This document shows positions 17,623 to 26,194 of a stretch of 64,000 bases of DNA, in pieces. How positions within the stretch are numbered: the first letter of the stretch is position 1; each line of letters opens with the position of its first letter. The translations under genes and the position numbers were made by a program. This DNA is from an uncultured Subdoligranulum sp. (lineage in GTDB: Bacteria > Bacillota > Clostridia > Oscillospirales > Ruminococcaceae), in the NCBI GenBank assembly GCA_964458285.1, contig CAYWID010000004.1:147842-211841 (forward strand). The letters run 5' to 3'. The notes beneath the pieces are model-generated. The model did no database searches. It was not told the origin of the DNA and was given only the letters and a program-made list of their open reading frames with translations.

Positions 17623-18756
17623 TTACACGCCCATCAGGGTCAAAATCAGGCCGCCCGCAATCACCGAGGCAATCTGGCCCGAAACGTTGACGCTGATCGA
17701 ATACATCAGTAAAAAATTCTGGTTGTCCTCCTTGAGGCCCATCTGGTTGATGACGCGGCCGCTCATCGGAAAGGCCGAGATGCCCGCCGCGCCGATCATC
17801 GGGTTGAGCTTTTTGCCCGCGGGCAGGAACAGGTTGATCAGCTTGGCAAACAGCACGCCGCCCACGGTGTCAAACACAAAGGCGACCAGGCCCAGCGCCA
17901 GGATCAGCAGGGTATCGGGCCGCACAAACTTTTCGGCGGTCATCTGCCCGGCCACGGTCAGCCCCAGCACGATCGTGATCAGGTTGGCCAGCACGTTCTG
18001 GGCCGTCTCGGACAGAGCGTTCAGCACGCCGCACTCCCGCAGCAGGTTGCCGAACATCAAAAAGCCCACCAGCGCCACGCTGGCCGGGGCCACCAGCCCC
18101 GCAATGACCGTCACTGCGATCGGGAACAGGATGCGGGTGGTTTTGCTTACCCGGCCCTTTTGGTAGGGCATGCGGATGCTTCGCTCCTTCCGGGTCGTGA
18201 CCAGCCGGATCACCGGCGGCTGCACGATGGGCACCAGCGCCATATAGCTGTAGGCCGCCACCATGATCGCGCCCAGATAGCGGGATTTCAGCACGTTTGC
18301 CACAAAGATGGCGGTGGGGCCGTCCGCCGCGCCGATGATGGCGATGGAGGCCGCATCGTTGAGCGGGAAGAAAAAGCCCGCCACAAAAAAGGTGAAAAAG
18401 ATGCCGAACTGGGCCGCCGCGCCAAACAGCATCAGCCAGGGCTTTTCCAGCAGGGGGCCGAAATCGATCATGGCGCCGATGCCGATGAACAGCAGCAGGG
18501 GAAACAGCTCGTTCGACATGCCCGCGTCAAACAGCGCGGTGATGGGGCCCACCACATCGCCCTGCGTGATCGCGCCCGAGAGGGGCAGGTTGACCAAAAT
18601 CGCGCCAAAGCCCATGGGCAGCAGCAGGCTCGGCTCCATTTTTTTGGCGATGCCCAGATAAATCAGCAGGCCGCCGATGGCCCACATCACCGCCATCTGC
18701 CAGGTCAGGTTGCCAAAGTTGGCAAACAGGCTGGCGAAGGTTCCCAAAAAATCCAT
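17623..18756 (-). CDS. oadB: Na+-translocating decarboxylase beta subunit
   Basis: EPSLLLPMGFGAILVN, IIGAADGPTAIF, AYSYMALVP, IGAAGISAFPM; GAGGAGG RBS. Confidence 0.95.
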   Translation of the reverse strand: MDFLGTFASLFANFGNLTWQMAVMWAIGGLLIYLGIAKKMEPSLLLPMGFGAILVNLPLSGAITQGDVVGPITALFDAGMSNELFPLLLFIGIGAMIDFGPLLEKPWLMLFGAAAQFGIFFTFFVAGFFFPLNDAASIAIIGAADGPTAIFVANVLKSRYLGAIMVAAYSYMALVPIVQPPVIRLVTTRKERSIRMPYQKGRVSKTTRILFPIAVTVIAGLVAPASVALVGFLMFGNLLRECGVLNALSETAQNVLANLITIVLGLTVAGQMTAEKFVRPDTLLILALGLVAFVFDTVGGVLFAKLINLFLPAGKKLNPMIGAAGISAFPMSGRVINQMGLKEDNQNFLLMYSISVNVSGQIASVIAGGLILTLMGV

Positions 18757-18824
18757 ACGCAATCCTCCTCAACAAACTACCGTGCGGGGCAAAAGCGGGC
18801 GGGGGGCGGCCCCGGCGGGCCACC

Positions 18825-18871
18825 AAAAAAGAGACTTTTACCGCAGCAAACCATGCTGCGGTAAAAGTCTC
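18825..18871 (-). terminator. intrinsic terminator inside the oadB 5' leader
   Basis: 18-bp perfect stem GAGACTTTTACCGCAGCA/TGCTGCGGTAAAAGTCTC + T6 on the minus strand. Confidence 0.9.
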
Positions 18872-18960
18872 AGTGCAAAAGCGCGGTTCCGGGCTTTCGC
18901 CGTGATGACGAAGCCGCGCAGCGCGGCCGGGCCGCACCCCTTACTCCCTTTTATCCCATT
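18872..18960 (-). ncRNA. candidate riboswitch aptamer upstream of oadB (possibly Na+-sensing DUF1646-type)
   Basis: lies between promoter and leader terminator; nested stems GGUGC/GCACU, GCCGCG/CGCGGC, UUCGUC/GGCGAA; class not verified. Confidence 0.5.
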
Positions 18961-18967
18961 GCCTTTT

Positions 18968-18996
18968 AGTATAGCGGATGGCGGGGCGCTCTGCAA
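18968..18996 (-). promoter_or_regulatory. sigma-A promoter of the oadB leader
   Basis: minus strand TTGCAG-17-TATACT. Confidence 0.75.
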
Positions 18997-19051
18997 GTGC
19001 AAACAAAAATTTAGGGCAATGCCGCGCCTTTCCGGCCCGCCCCGGCCCGCC

Positions 19052-19100
19052 AAAAAACAAAACCGGGGCGGGCAGCCTGCGTTCAGTCTGCCCGCCCCGG
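19052..19100 (-). terminator. intrinsic terminator of ackA
   Basis: 13-bp stem CCGGGGCGGGCAG/CTGCCCGCCCCGG followed by T-runs on the minus strand. Confidence 0.75.
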
Positions 19101-19133
19101 CGCGGTTTTATGCGGGGAAAAAGCGCGCCGCGC

Positions 19134-20348
19134 TTACAGCCGCTCGCCCAGGGAATCCACGATGTTCCTGGTGTCCCGCGCAATCATCAGCTCCTCGTTG
19201 GTGCAGATGGCCAGCACCTTGACCCTGGCGTCGGGGCCGGTGATGTCGTTCACATCCAGGCCGCGGCGCAGGTTTTGCGCCTCGTCGATGGAAATGCCCA
19301 AAAAGTCCATGTCCTTGCAGACAGCCGCGCGGGTCTCCCAGCTGTTCTCGCCGATGCCGCCGCAGAACACCAGGCAGTCCAGCCCGCCCATGGCCGCCGC
19401 GTAGCCGCCGATGTATTTTTTGAGCTGGTAGGCCAGCATATCCAGCGCCAGGCGGGCGCGCTCGTCGCCCGCCTCGGCGGCGGCCGTCACGTCGCGGTTG
19501 TCGCTGGAAACGCCGGAAACGCCCAGCAGGCCGGACTTTTTGTTCATCACGTCGTCAAATTCAGCGGGGGTCATGCCGGCGGCGGCCTCAATGTAGCCGG
19601 GGATGGAGGGGTCCATGTCGCCGCTGCGGGTGCCCATGATCAGGCCGGAAAGCGGGGTCATGCCCATCGAGGTATCCAGCACCTTGCCGCCGTCCACCGC
19701 GGCCACCGAGGAGCCGTTGCCCAAATGGCAGGTCACGATCTTCAGCTCGCCGGGCTCGCGGCCCAGGTATTGCGCGGCCGCCAGGCTGACAAAGCGGTGG
19801 GAGGTGCCGTGGAAGCCGTAGCGGCGCACATGGTACTTCTCGTAATACTCGTAGGGCAGCGCGTACATATAGGCCTTGGGGGGCATGGTGGAATGGAAGG
19901 CGGTGTCAAACACGGCCACCATCGGCTTGTTTTCGCCAAAAACCTTTTTGGCGGCCTCCACGCCCAGCACGCAGGCGGGGTTGTGCAGCGGGGCCAGCGG
20001 GGCCAGCTCGTTCATCGTATCGATGACCGCGTCGGTGACAAGGCAGCTTTCCTTGAATTCCTCGCCGCCGTGAACCATCCGGTGGCCGATGGCGCCCACC
20101 TCGCCGATGTCGCCGATGACCTTGCCCTCGCCCTCGGTCATTTTTTTGACCAGCGCCTCAAACGCCTGGGTGTGGGTGGGGAAGGGCAGCATGGTTTTCC
20201 ACTTGCCGCCGTTGGCGCTGTGGGTGATGCTGCTGCCCGCCAGGCCGATGCGCTCGCACAGGCCCTTGCACAGGACATGCTCGTTTTCCATATCGATCAG
20301 CTGATATTTTAAGCTGGAAGAGCCACAGTTGATAACCAGAACTTTCAT
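19134..20348 (-). CDS. ackA: acetate kinase
   Basis: VINCGSSSLKY, GHRMVHGG, APLHNP, RRYGFHGTSH, CHLGNGSS, TNEELMIA. Confidence 0.97.
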   Translation of the reverse strand: MKVLVINCGSSSLKYQLIDMENEHVLCKGLCERIGLAGSSITHSANGGKWKTMLPFPTHTQAFEALVKKMTEGEGKVIGDIGEVGAIGHRMVHGGEEFKESCLVTDAVIDTMNELAPLAPLHNPACVLGVEAAKKVFGENKPMVAVFDTAFHSTMPPKAYMYALPYEYYEKYHVRRYGFHGTSHRFVSLAAAQYLGREPGELKIVTCHLGNGSSVAAVDGGKVLDTSMGMTPLSGLIMGTRSGDMDPSIPGYIEAAAGMTPAEFDDVMNKKSGLLGVSGVSSDNRDVTAAAEAGDERARLALDMLAYQLKKYIGGYAAAMGGLDCLVFCGGIGENSWETRAAVCKDMDFLGISIDEAQNLRRGLDVNDITGPDARVKVLAICTNEELMIARDTRNIVDSLGERL

Positions 20349-20533
20349 TTGTCCAGAATCCTCCTTCTTGAGGCGGAAACCCGCCCCCGTTTACGAATCG
20401 ATGAAAGTATTATATAATGGTTGCCGGGATTTTTCAAGGAAAATGGGATTTTGTAGGAAAAATGGACAAATAACAGGCAATATCGTACAAAAAACGGGGC
20501 CGGCGCGCGCCGGCCCCTTGCAGGGAGAACACG

Positions 20534-21739
20534 ATGGAATTTGCAGGCGTCATCACCGAGTACGACCCCTTCCACAACGGCCACGCGGCCCAGCTGGCCG
20601 CGCTGCGTGCGCGCGGCGCCACAACGATCGCCGTGTGCATGAGCGCGGGGCTTACCCAGCGGGGCGGGGTGCCGCTTTTGCCGGAGCCTGTGCGCGCAAG
20701 GGCCGCGCTGCTGTGCGGGGCCGATCTTGTGGTGGCGCTGCCCGCGCCCTACGCCTGCGCGGGGGCCGAGGCGTTTGCCGCGGCGGGGGTGGCCCTGCTG
20801 ACGGCGCTTGGCTGCGACACCCTGGCCTTTGGGGCCGAAACGCCGAGCGCGCCCCGGCTGCTGGCGGCGGCCGGGGCGCTGCAAAGCGGCGAGCTTTCGG
20901 CGGCGCTGCGCGCCGGGCTGGCGGGCGGCGCCCCGTTCGCGGCGGCCCGCGCCGCCGCCGCCGAGACCCTGCTGCCGGGCGCGGCGGCCCTGCTGCGCAG
21001 CCCCAACGATATTTTGGGCATCGAGTACTGCAAGGCGATCCTGGCCCAGCAAAGCCCGCTTGTGCCGCTGCCGCTGCCCCGGCTGGGCGCCGGGCACGAC
21101 GCCCCGCTGCCCGGGCGTGGGGCGGACGGCCGCCCGGTGGCCTCGGCGGGATACCTGCGGCGCCTGGCGGCCGCGGCGGGAAACGCCGGGGCCGGGCCGG
21201 AACCGCTGCGCCCCTTTGTTCCGCCCGAGGCGTTCGAGCTTTACTGCGCCGCCTTTGCGCGGGGGGAACAGAGCGATCCCGCCGCCTTTTCCACGGCGCT
21301 GCTGGCCCTGCTGCGCCTGGCCGACCCGGCCGGGTTCGCCCGGGTGCGCGGCCTGTCCGAGGGGCTGGAAAACCGGCTGGCCGCCGCGGTGCGGCAGGCG
21401 GGCAGCGCCGCCGCGCTGTACGATCTGCTCAAAACGCGGCGGTATTCCCACGCGCGGCTGCGCCGCCTGGCGCTGGACGCCGCGCTGGGGGTGCAGGCGG
21501 GCAGCCTGCCGCCGCTGCCGCCCTACCTGCACCTGCTGGGCGCGCGCAGGGCGGCCCTGCCGCGCCTGAAGGCCGCCCGCCTGCCCGCGGCCACCTCGCT
21601 GCGCACGCTGGCCGATACCGGCCCCGCGGCCCGCGCGGTGGCCGCGGCCCACGCCCGCGCCTGCGATTTTTCGGCCCTGTGCCGGGTCGCGCCGCAGCCC
21701 TGCGGCCTGGCCTACACCCAAAAGCCGGTGCTTTTGTAG
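20534..21739 (+). CDS. tmcAL: tRNA(Met) cytidine acetate ligase (YlbM-type nucleotidyltransferase)
   Basis: EYDPFHNGH, QRGG, PNDILGIEY, KTRRYSHARLRR. Confidence 0.88.
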   Translation: MEFAGVITEYDPFHNGHAAQLAALRARGATTIAVCMSAGLTQRGGVPLLPEPVRARAALLCGADLVVALPAPYACAGAEAFAAAGVALLTALGCDTLAFGAETPSAPRLLAAAGALQSGELSAALRAGLAGGAPFAAARAAAAETLLPGAAALLRSPNDILGIEYCKAILAQQSPLVPLPLPRLGAGHDAPLPGRGADGRPVASAGYLRRLAAAAGNAGAGPEPLRPFVPPEAFELYCAAFARGEQSDPAAFSTALLALLRLADPAGFARVRGLSEGLENRLAAAVRQAGSAAALYDLLKTRRYSHARLRRLALDAALGVQAGSLPPLPPYLHLLGARRAALPRLKAARLPAATSLRTLADTGPAARAVAAAHARACDFSALCRVAPQPCGLAYTQKPVLL

Positions 21740-21864
21740 CGGGCCGCCGCCCCCGCAAAAAAAACGGCGGGCGGCCTCTTTTGCAAGCGTTCCTGCGCTT
21801 GTAAAAAAGGCCGCCCGCGCCGCCGCGTTCCCGCCCCGCGCGCCGGCGCGCGGGGGGCGGCGGG

Positions 21865-22446
21865 TTATTCCGCCTGCTCGCGGAAGGTCAGGCCGCTGTC
21901 GCTCATGCGCTCCACAATGGCCAGGCTGCACACCTTGTAGCCCTCCGCGCGCAGCAGCACGCCGCCGGGCTGAAAGCCTTTTTCAATGCACACGCCGATG
22001 CCGCCCACCCGGGCGCCCGCCTGCCGGCAGATGTCCAGAAGGCCCTGCATGGCCTTGCCGTTGGCCAAAAAGTCGTCCACGATCAGCACGTTGTCGTCCG
22101 GGCCCAGAAATTTCTGCGCCAGCGTGATGTCGTAATCCTTGCCGTAGGTGTAGGAATGCACGACCGAGGTGTACACGTCGCCGTCCAGGTTTTTGCTTTT
22201 GGCTTTCTTGGCAAACACCACCGGCACCCCGAAATGCCGCGCCGTCATGCAGGCGATGGCAATGCCGGAAGCCTCGATCGTCAGGATCTTGTTGATGCCG
22301 TCGCCCTGAAACAGGCGGTGAAATTCCTCCCCGATGGCGTCCAGCAGGGCGACGTCCACCTGGTGGTTCAAAAAGCAGTCCACCTTCAGCACGTTGCCGG
22401 GCCGAACCTGCCCCTCCCGCAGAATGCGCTCTTCCAAAAGTTTCAT
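21865..22446 (-). CDS. xpt: xanthine phosphoribosyltransferase
   Basis: [31 protein letters not shown]. Confidence 0.95.
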   Translation of the reverse strand: MKLLEERILREGQVRPGNVLKVDCFLNHQVDVALLDAIGEEFHRLFQGDGINKILTIEASGIAIACMTARHFGVPVVFAKKAKSKNLDGDVYTSVVHSYTYGKDYDITLAQKFLGPDDNVLIVDDFLANGKAMQGLLDICRQAGARVGGIGVCIEKGFQPGGVLLRAEGYKVCSLAIVERMSDSGLTFREQAE

Positions 22447-22476
22447 AACACCATACCCCTTTCCAAAGTTGTACCC

Positions 22477-22505
22477 ATTATGGCAAATCACGACGTTTTT
22501 TGCAA
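22477..22505 (-). promoter_or_regulatory. sigma-A promoter of xpt
   Basis: minus strand TTGCAA-17-CATAAT with TG extension. Confidence 0.7.
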
Positions 22506-22632
22506 TCGGTCTTTTGCGGTTTTGGGGAATATTTTGATGGAATGTCAAATTGACACTATTCTGTAATTGAATTTTGTGCAGGGTGCATACAAAATCAAAA
22601 AACAAAAAAACAAACTATGTCGATTTAACGCA

Positions 22633-22661
22633 TTGAATAAAAAGCAAAAGAACATTATAAT
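22633..22661 (+). promoter_or_regulatory. sigma-A promoter of livK
   Basis: TTGAAT-17-TATAAT. Confidence 0.8.
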
Positions 22662-22749
22662 AAATTTCATCATTACAACGCAACTGTGCGTAAAAGGCGC
22701 CGCCTTCCGGCGGGGCCCGGCGTTGTAAAAGTACAGGAGGGAAAGATTT

Positions 22750-23976
22750 ATGAAAAAGTTCGTCAGCGTTGTGCTGGCCGCCGCCATGGCGGCCAGCCTG
22801 GCAGCCTGCGGCGCCACCGCGGATGCCACGGCGTCCTCCGCCACCGCGGAGGGCAGCGCCTCCACCGCCGCGGAGGGCAGCGCCTCCGCTTCCGGCGCCG
22901 CCATCAAAATCGGCGGCATCGGCCCCTTGACCGGCGCGGCCGCCGTGTACGGCAACGCCGTCAAAAACGGCGAGGAGCTTGCCGTCAAGGAGATCAACGC
23001 CAAGGGCGGCACCCAGTTTGAGCTGAAGTTTGAGGACGACGAGCATGACGCCGAGAAGTCCGTCAATGCCTACAACAGCCTGAAGGACTGGGGCATGCAG
23101 ATTCTGGCGGGCCCCGTCACCACCACCCCGACCCTGGCCGTTGCGGCCGAGGCCGCCGTGGACAATATCTTTGAGCTGACCCCCTCCGCCTCCGCGCAGG
23201 CCGTCATCGAGACCGGCGACAACGTCTTCCAGGTCTGCTTCACAGACCCCAACCAGGGCATTGCCTCCGCCGATTACATCGCCGAGAACAAGCTGGCCAC
23301 CGCCGTGGGCGTCATCTACGATTCCTCGGACGCCTACTCCAGCGGCATCTATGAAAAGTTCAACGCCGAGGCCCAGAGCAAGGGCCTCAAGGTTGTGGCC
23401 GCCGAGGCTTTCACCGGCGACAACAAGAGCGACCTTTCCACCCAGGTTACCAAGTGCAAGGATGCGGGCGCCGATCTGATCTTCCTGCCCATCTATTACA
23501 CCGAGGCCTCCCAGATCCTCAAGTACGCCAGCAGCATCGGCTACGCGCCCAAGTTCTTCGGCTGCGACGGCCTGGACGGCCTGCTGGACGTCGAGGGCTT
23601 TGACAAAAACCTTGCCGAGGGCGTCATGCTTCTGACCCCGTTCGCCGCCGATGCCACCGATGCAAAGACCCAGGCCTTTGTCACCGCGTATAAGGCCGCC
23701 TACGGCGAGACCCCGAACCAGTTTGCCGCCGATGCCTACGACGTCGTGTACTCGATCGCGCAGGCCTGCGACGCCGCCCAGGTCACGCCCGACATGAAGG
23801 CCGCCGATATCTGCGAGGCCCTCAAGGCCCAGTTCACCACCATGAAGTTCGACGGTCTGACCGGCACCGGCATGACCTGGGACGCCACCGGCGCCGTGTC
23901 CAAGTCTCCCCGCGCCGTCGTGATCGAGAACGGCTCCTACAAGGCGATGGCCGCCACCGCCGAATCCGCCAAGTAA
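22750..23976 (+). CDS. livK: branched-chain amino acid ABC transporter substrate-binding lipoprotein
   Basis: LAAC lipobox; IGGIGPLTG, EDDE periplasmic-binding type I; followed by livHMGF. Confidence 0.92.
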   Translation: MKKFVSVVLAAAMAASLAACGATADATASSATAEGSASTAAEGSASASGAAIKIGGIGPLTGAAAVYGNAVKNGEELAVKEINAKGGTQFELKFEDDEHDAEKSVNAYNSLKDWGMQILAGPVTTTPTLAVAAEAAVDNIFELTPSASAQAVIETGDNVFQVCFTDPNQGIASADYIAENKLATAVGVIYDSSDAYSSGIYEKFNAEAQSKGLKVVAAEAFTGDNKSDLSTQVTKCKDAGADLIFLPIYYTEASQILKYASSIGYAPKFFGCDGLDGLLDVEGFDKNLAEGVMLLTPFAADATDAKTQAFVTAYKAAYGETPNQFAADAYDVVYSIAQACDAAQVTPDMKAADICEALKAQFTTMKFDGLTGTGMTWDATGAVSKSPRAVVIENGSYKAMAATAESAK

Positions 23977-24100
23977 GCTTTCCGCCGCGCGGGCCGGCGC
24001 TTGGCCGCCAACAGAAAAAATCTGCCAAAGGGGGCTGCTGAGAGCAATCGGCGGCTCCCTTTTTGCGGTTTTGCCGCACCGGCGGATTTTTTTGGCCGTT

Positions 24101-24143
24101 CGGCGTGAAAAAAGTTGTTTCACGCCGCAAATTGTGGTACTAT
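24101..24143 (+). promoter_or_regulatory. internal promoter before livH with a 10-bp inverted repeat over the -35
   Basis: CGGCGTGAAA (24101-24110)/TTTCACGCCG (24118-24127); TTGTTT-17-TACTAT with TG extension. Confidence 0.55.
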
Positions 24144-24221
24144 TTGAAGTATTCCCGTTGATCTGCTGCTTGTGCGGCAGTTGGTGCGGCGGGGTATCGA
24201 ACAAGTGAGGTGTTTGTCGCA

Positions 24222-25103
24222 ATGCAGTTCTTATCCTACCTGATCAACGGCATCAGCCTTGGCAGCGTGTACGCGCTGATCGCCCTGGGTTATACGATGG
24301 TCTACGGCATTGCCAAAATGTTGAACTTCGCCCACGGCGATGTCATCATGATCGGCAGTTATGTGGTGTTTTTTGCGTTCGGTTCGTTCGGGCTCAACCC
24401 CATCGTGGCCATCGTCCTCTCGATGGCGGTCTGCACGATCCTGGGCGTCACGATGGAGCGGGTGGCCTACCGGCCCCTGCGGGAGGCGCCCTCCCTGGCC
24501 GTGCTGATCACGGCCATCGGCGTCAGCTATCTACTGCAGCAGATCGCGCAGCTGCTGTGGACCTCCAACCCCAAGTCCTTCACCTCGGTGGTGGGGGTCA
24601 AGCCGGCGTCCCTGTTCGGCGGCCGGCTCATGATCTCGGGCGAGACGCTCGTCACCATCCTGACCTGCATCGTCATCATGGTTTCGCTCAGCTGGTTTGT
24701 CAACCACACCTCGGCGGGCCACGCGATGCTGGCCGTGTCCGAGGACCGCGGCGCCGCCCAGCTGATGGGCGTCAACGTCAACGCCACCATCTCCCTGACC
24801 TTTGCCATCGGCAGCGCGCTGGCGGCGGTGGCGGGCGCGCTGCTCTGCTCCTCGTACCCAACCCTGCAGCCCACCACGGGCGCCATGCCCGGCATCAAGG
24901 CCTTTGTGGCCGCGGTGTTCGGCGGCATCGGCTCCATCCCCGGCGCCTTCATCGGGGGCATCCTGCTCGGCATCATCGAAAATCTGAGCAAGGCGTACAT
25001 TTCCACCCAGCTCTCGGACGCAATCGTGTTTCTGGTGCTGATTGTTGTGCTTCTTGTCAAGCCCACGGGTCTGCTTGGCAAAAAAGTCAACGTGAAAGTG
25101 TAA
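24222..25103 (+). CDS. livH: branched-chain amino acid ABC permease
   Basis: LIALGYTMVYG, NFAHG, GGIGS. Confidence 0.95.
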   Translation: MQFLSYLINGISLGSVYALIALGYTMVYGIAKMLNFAHGDVIMIGSYVVFFAFGSFGLNPIVAIVLSMAVCTILGVTMERVAYRPLREAPSLAVLITAIGVSYLLQQIAQLLWTSNPKSFTSVVGVKPASLFGGRLMISGETLVTILTCIVIMVSLSWFVNHTSAGHAMLAVSEDRGAAQLMGVNVNATISLTFAIGSALAAVAGALLCSSYPTLQPTTGAMPGIKAFVAAVFGGIGSIPGAFIGGILLGIIENLSKAYISTQLSDAIVFLVLIVVLLVKPTGLLGKKVNVKV

Positions 25104-25113
25104 GGTGAGCGGG

Positions 25114-26193
25114 ATGGCAATCACAAAAATCAAAAATCTGTCCAGGACGGCCAAAAGCAATTGCATCACCTACGGCATCGTCGTCTGCTTTTTTATCCTG
25201 ATCCAGATCCTCTCGGCGGCGGGGGCGCTCACCAGCTCCTTTGCGGGGCAGCTGGTGCCCATCTGCGCCTACATCGTGCTGGCGGTCTCCCTCAACCTGA
25301 CGGTGGGCATTCTGGGCGAGCTTAGCCTTGGCCACGCGGGCTTTATGAGCGTGGGCGCCTTCTCGGGCACGCTGGTCTGGATGGCGGCCGGCGCCGCCAT
25401 GCCGGGCTGGGCGGCGCTGCTGCTCTCGTTTGCGGTGGGCGGCGCGGTGGCCGGGCTGTTCGGGCTTATCATCGGCATCCCGGTGCTGCGCCTTTCGGGC
25501 GATTACCTGGCCATCGTCACCCTGGCCTTCGGCGAGATCATCAAAAACTTTATGAACGCCTGCTACCTGGGCGTGGATGCCGCGGGGCTTCACTTTTCCC
25601 TGAAGGACAGCGCCTCCCTCCACCTGGCCGCGGACGGCAAAATGCTGATCAACGGCGCCATGGGCGTAACGGGCATCAAAAAGGCCTCCACCTTCACCGT
25701 CGGCATCGTGCTGATCCTGATCACCCTGTTCGTCATCCTCAACCTGATCCACTCCCGCTCGGGCCGGGCCATCACGGCTATCCGCGACAACCAGATCGCG
25801 GCCCAGAGCGTGGGCATCAACATCACCCGCTACAAGCTGATGGCCTTCATCGTTTCGGCGGTTTTTGCGGGGATGGCGGGCGTGCTGTACAGCCTCAACT
25901 TCTCCACGCTGGTCGCCAAAAAGTTTGATTACAACACCTCCATCCTGATCCTGGTGTTCGTGGTGCTGGGCGGCATCGGCAACATCCGCGGCTCCATCAT
26001 CGCGGCGGCCATTCTGACGGTTCTGCCCGAGCTGCTGCGCAGCATGAACGACTACCGGATGCTGATCTACGCCATCGTGCTGATCGTCGTGATGATCTTC
26101 AACCAGAGCCCGCAGCTGGTGGCCTGGCGCAAAAAGCTGTTTGCCCGGTTTAAAAAACCGGACGGCAAAACCAAAACGAAGGGGGTGGCGTGA
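25114..26193 (+). CDS. livM: branched-chain amino acid ABC permease
   Basis: SLGHAGF, LRLSGDYLAIVTLAFGEI. Confidence 0.95.
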   Translation: MAITKIKNLSRTAKSNCITYGIVVCFFILIQILSAAGALTSSFAGQLVPICAYIVLAVSLNLTVGILGELSLGHAGFMSVGAFSGTLVWMAAGAAMPGWAALLLSFAVGGAVAGLFGLIIGIPVLRLSGDYLAIVTLAFGEIIKNFMNACYLGVDAAGLHFSLKDSASLHLAADGKMLINGAMGVTGIKKASTFTVGIVLILITLFVILNLIHSRSGRAITAIRDNQIAAQSVGINITRYKLMAFIVSAVFAGMAGVLYSLNFSTLVAKKFDYNTSILILVFVVLGGIGNIRGSIIAAAILTVLPELLRSMNDYRMLIYAIVLIVVMIFNQSPQLVAWRKKLFARFKKPDGKTKTKGVA

Positions 26194-26194
26194 G

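Noticed and set aside
22447-22620. Guanine riboswitch upstream of xpt
   Set aside because: The promoter lies only about 30 nt from the start codon and no purine-aptamer motifs are present.
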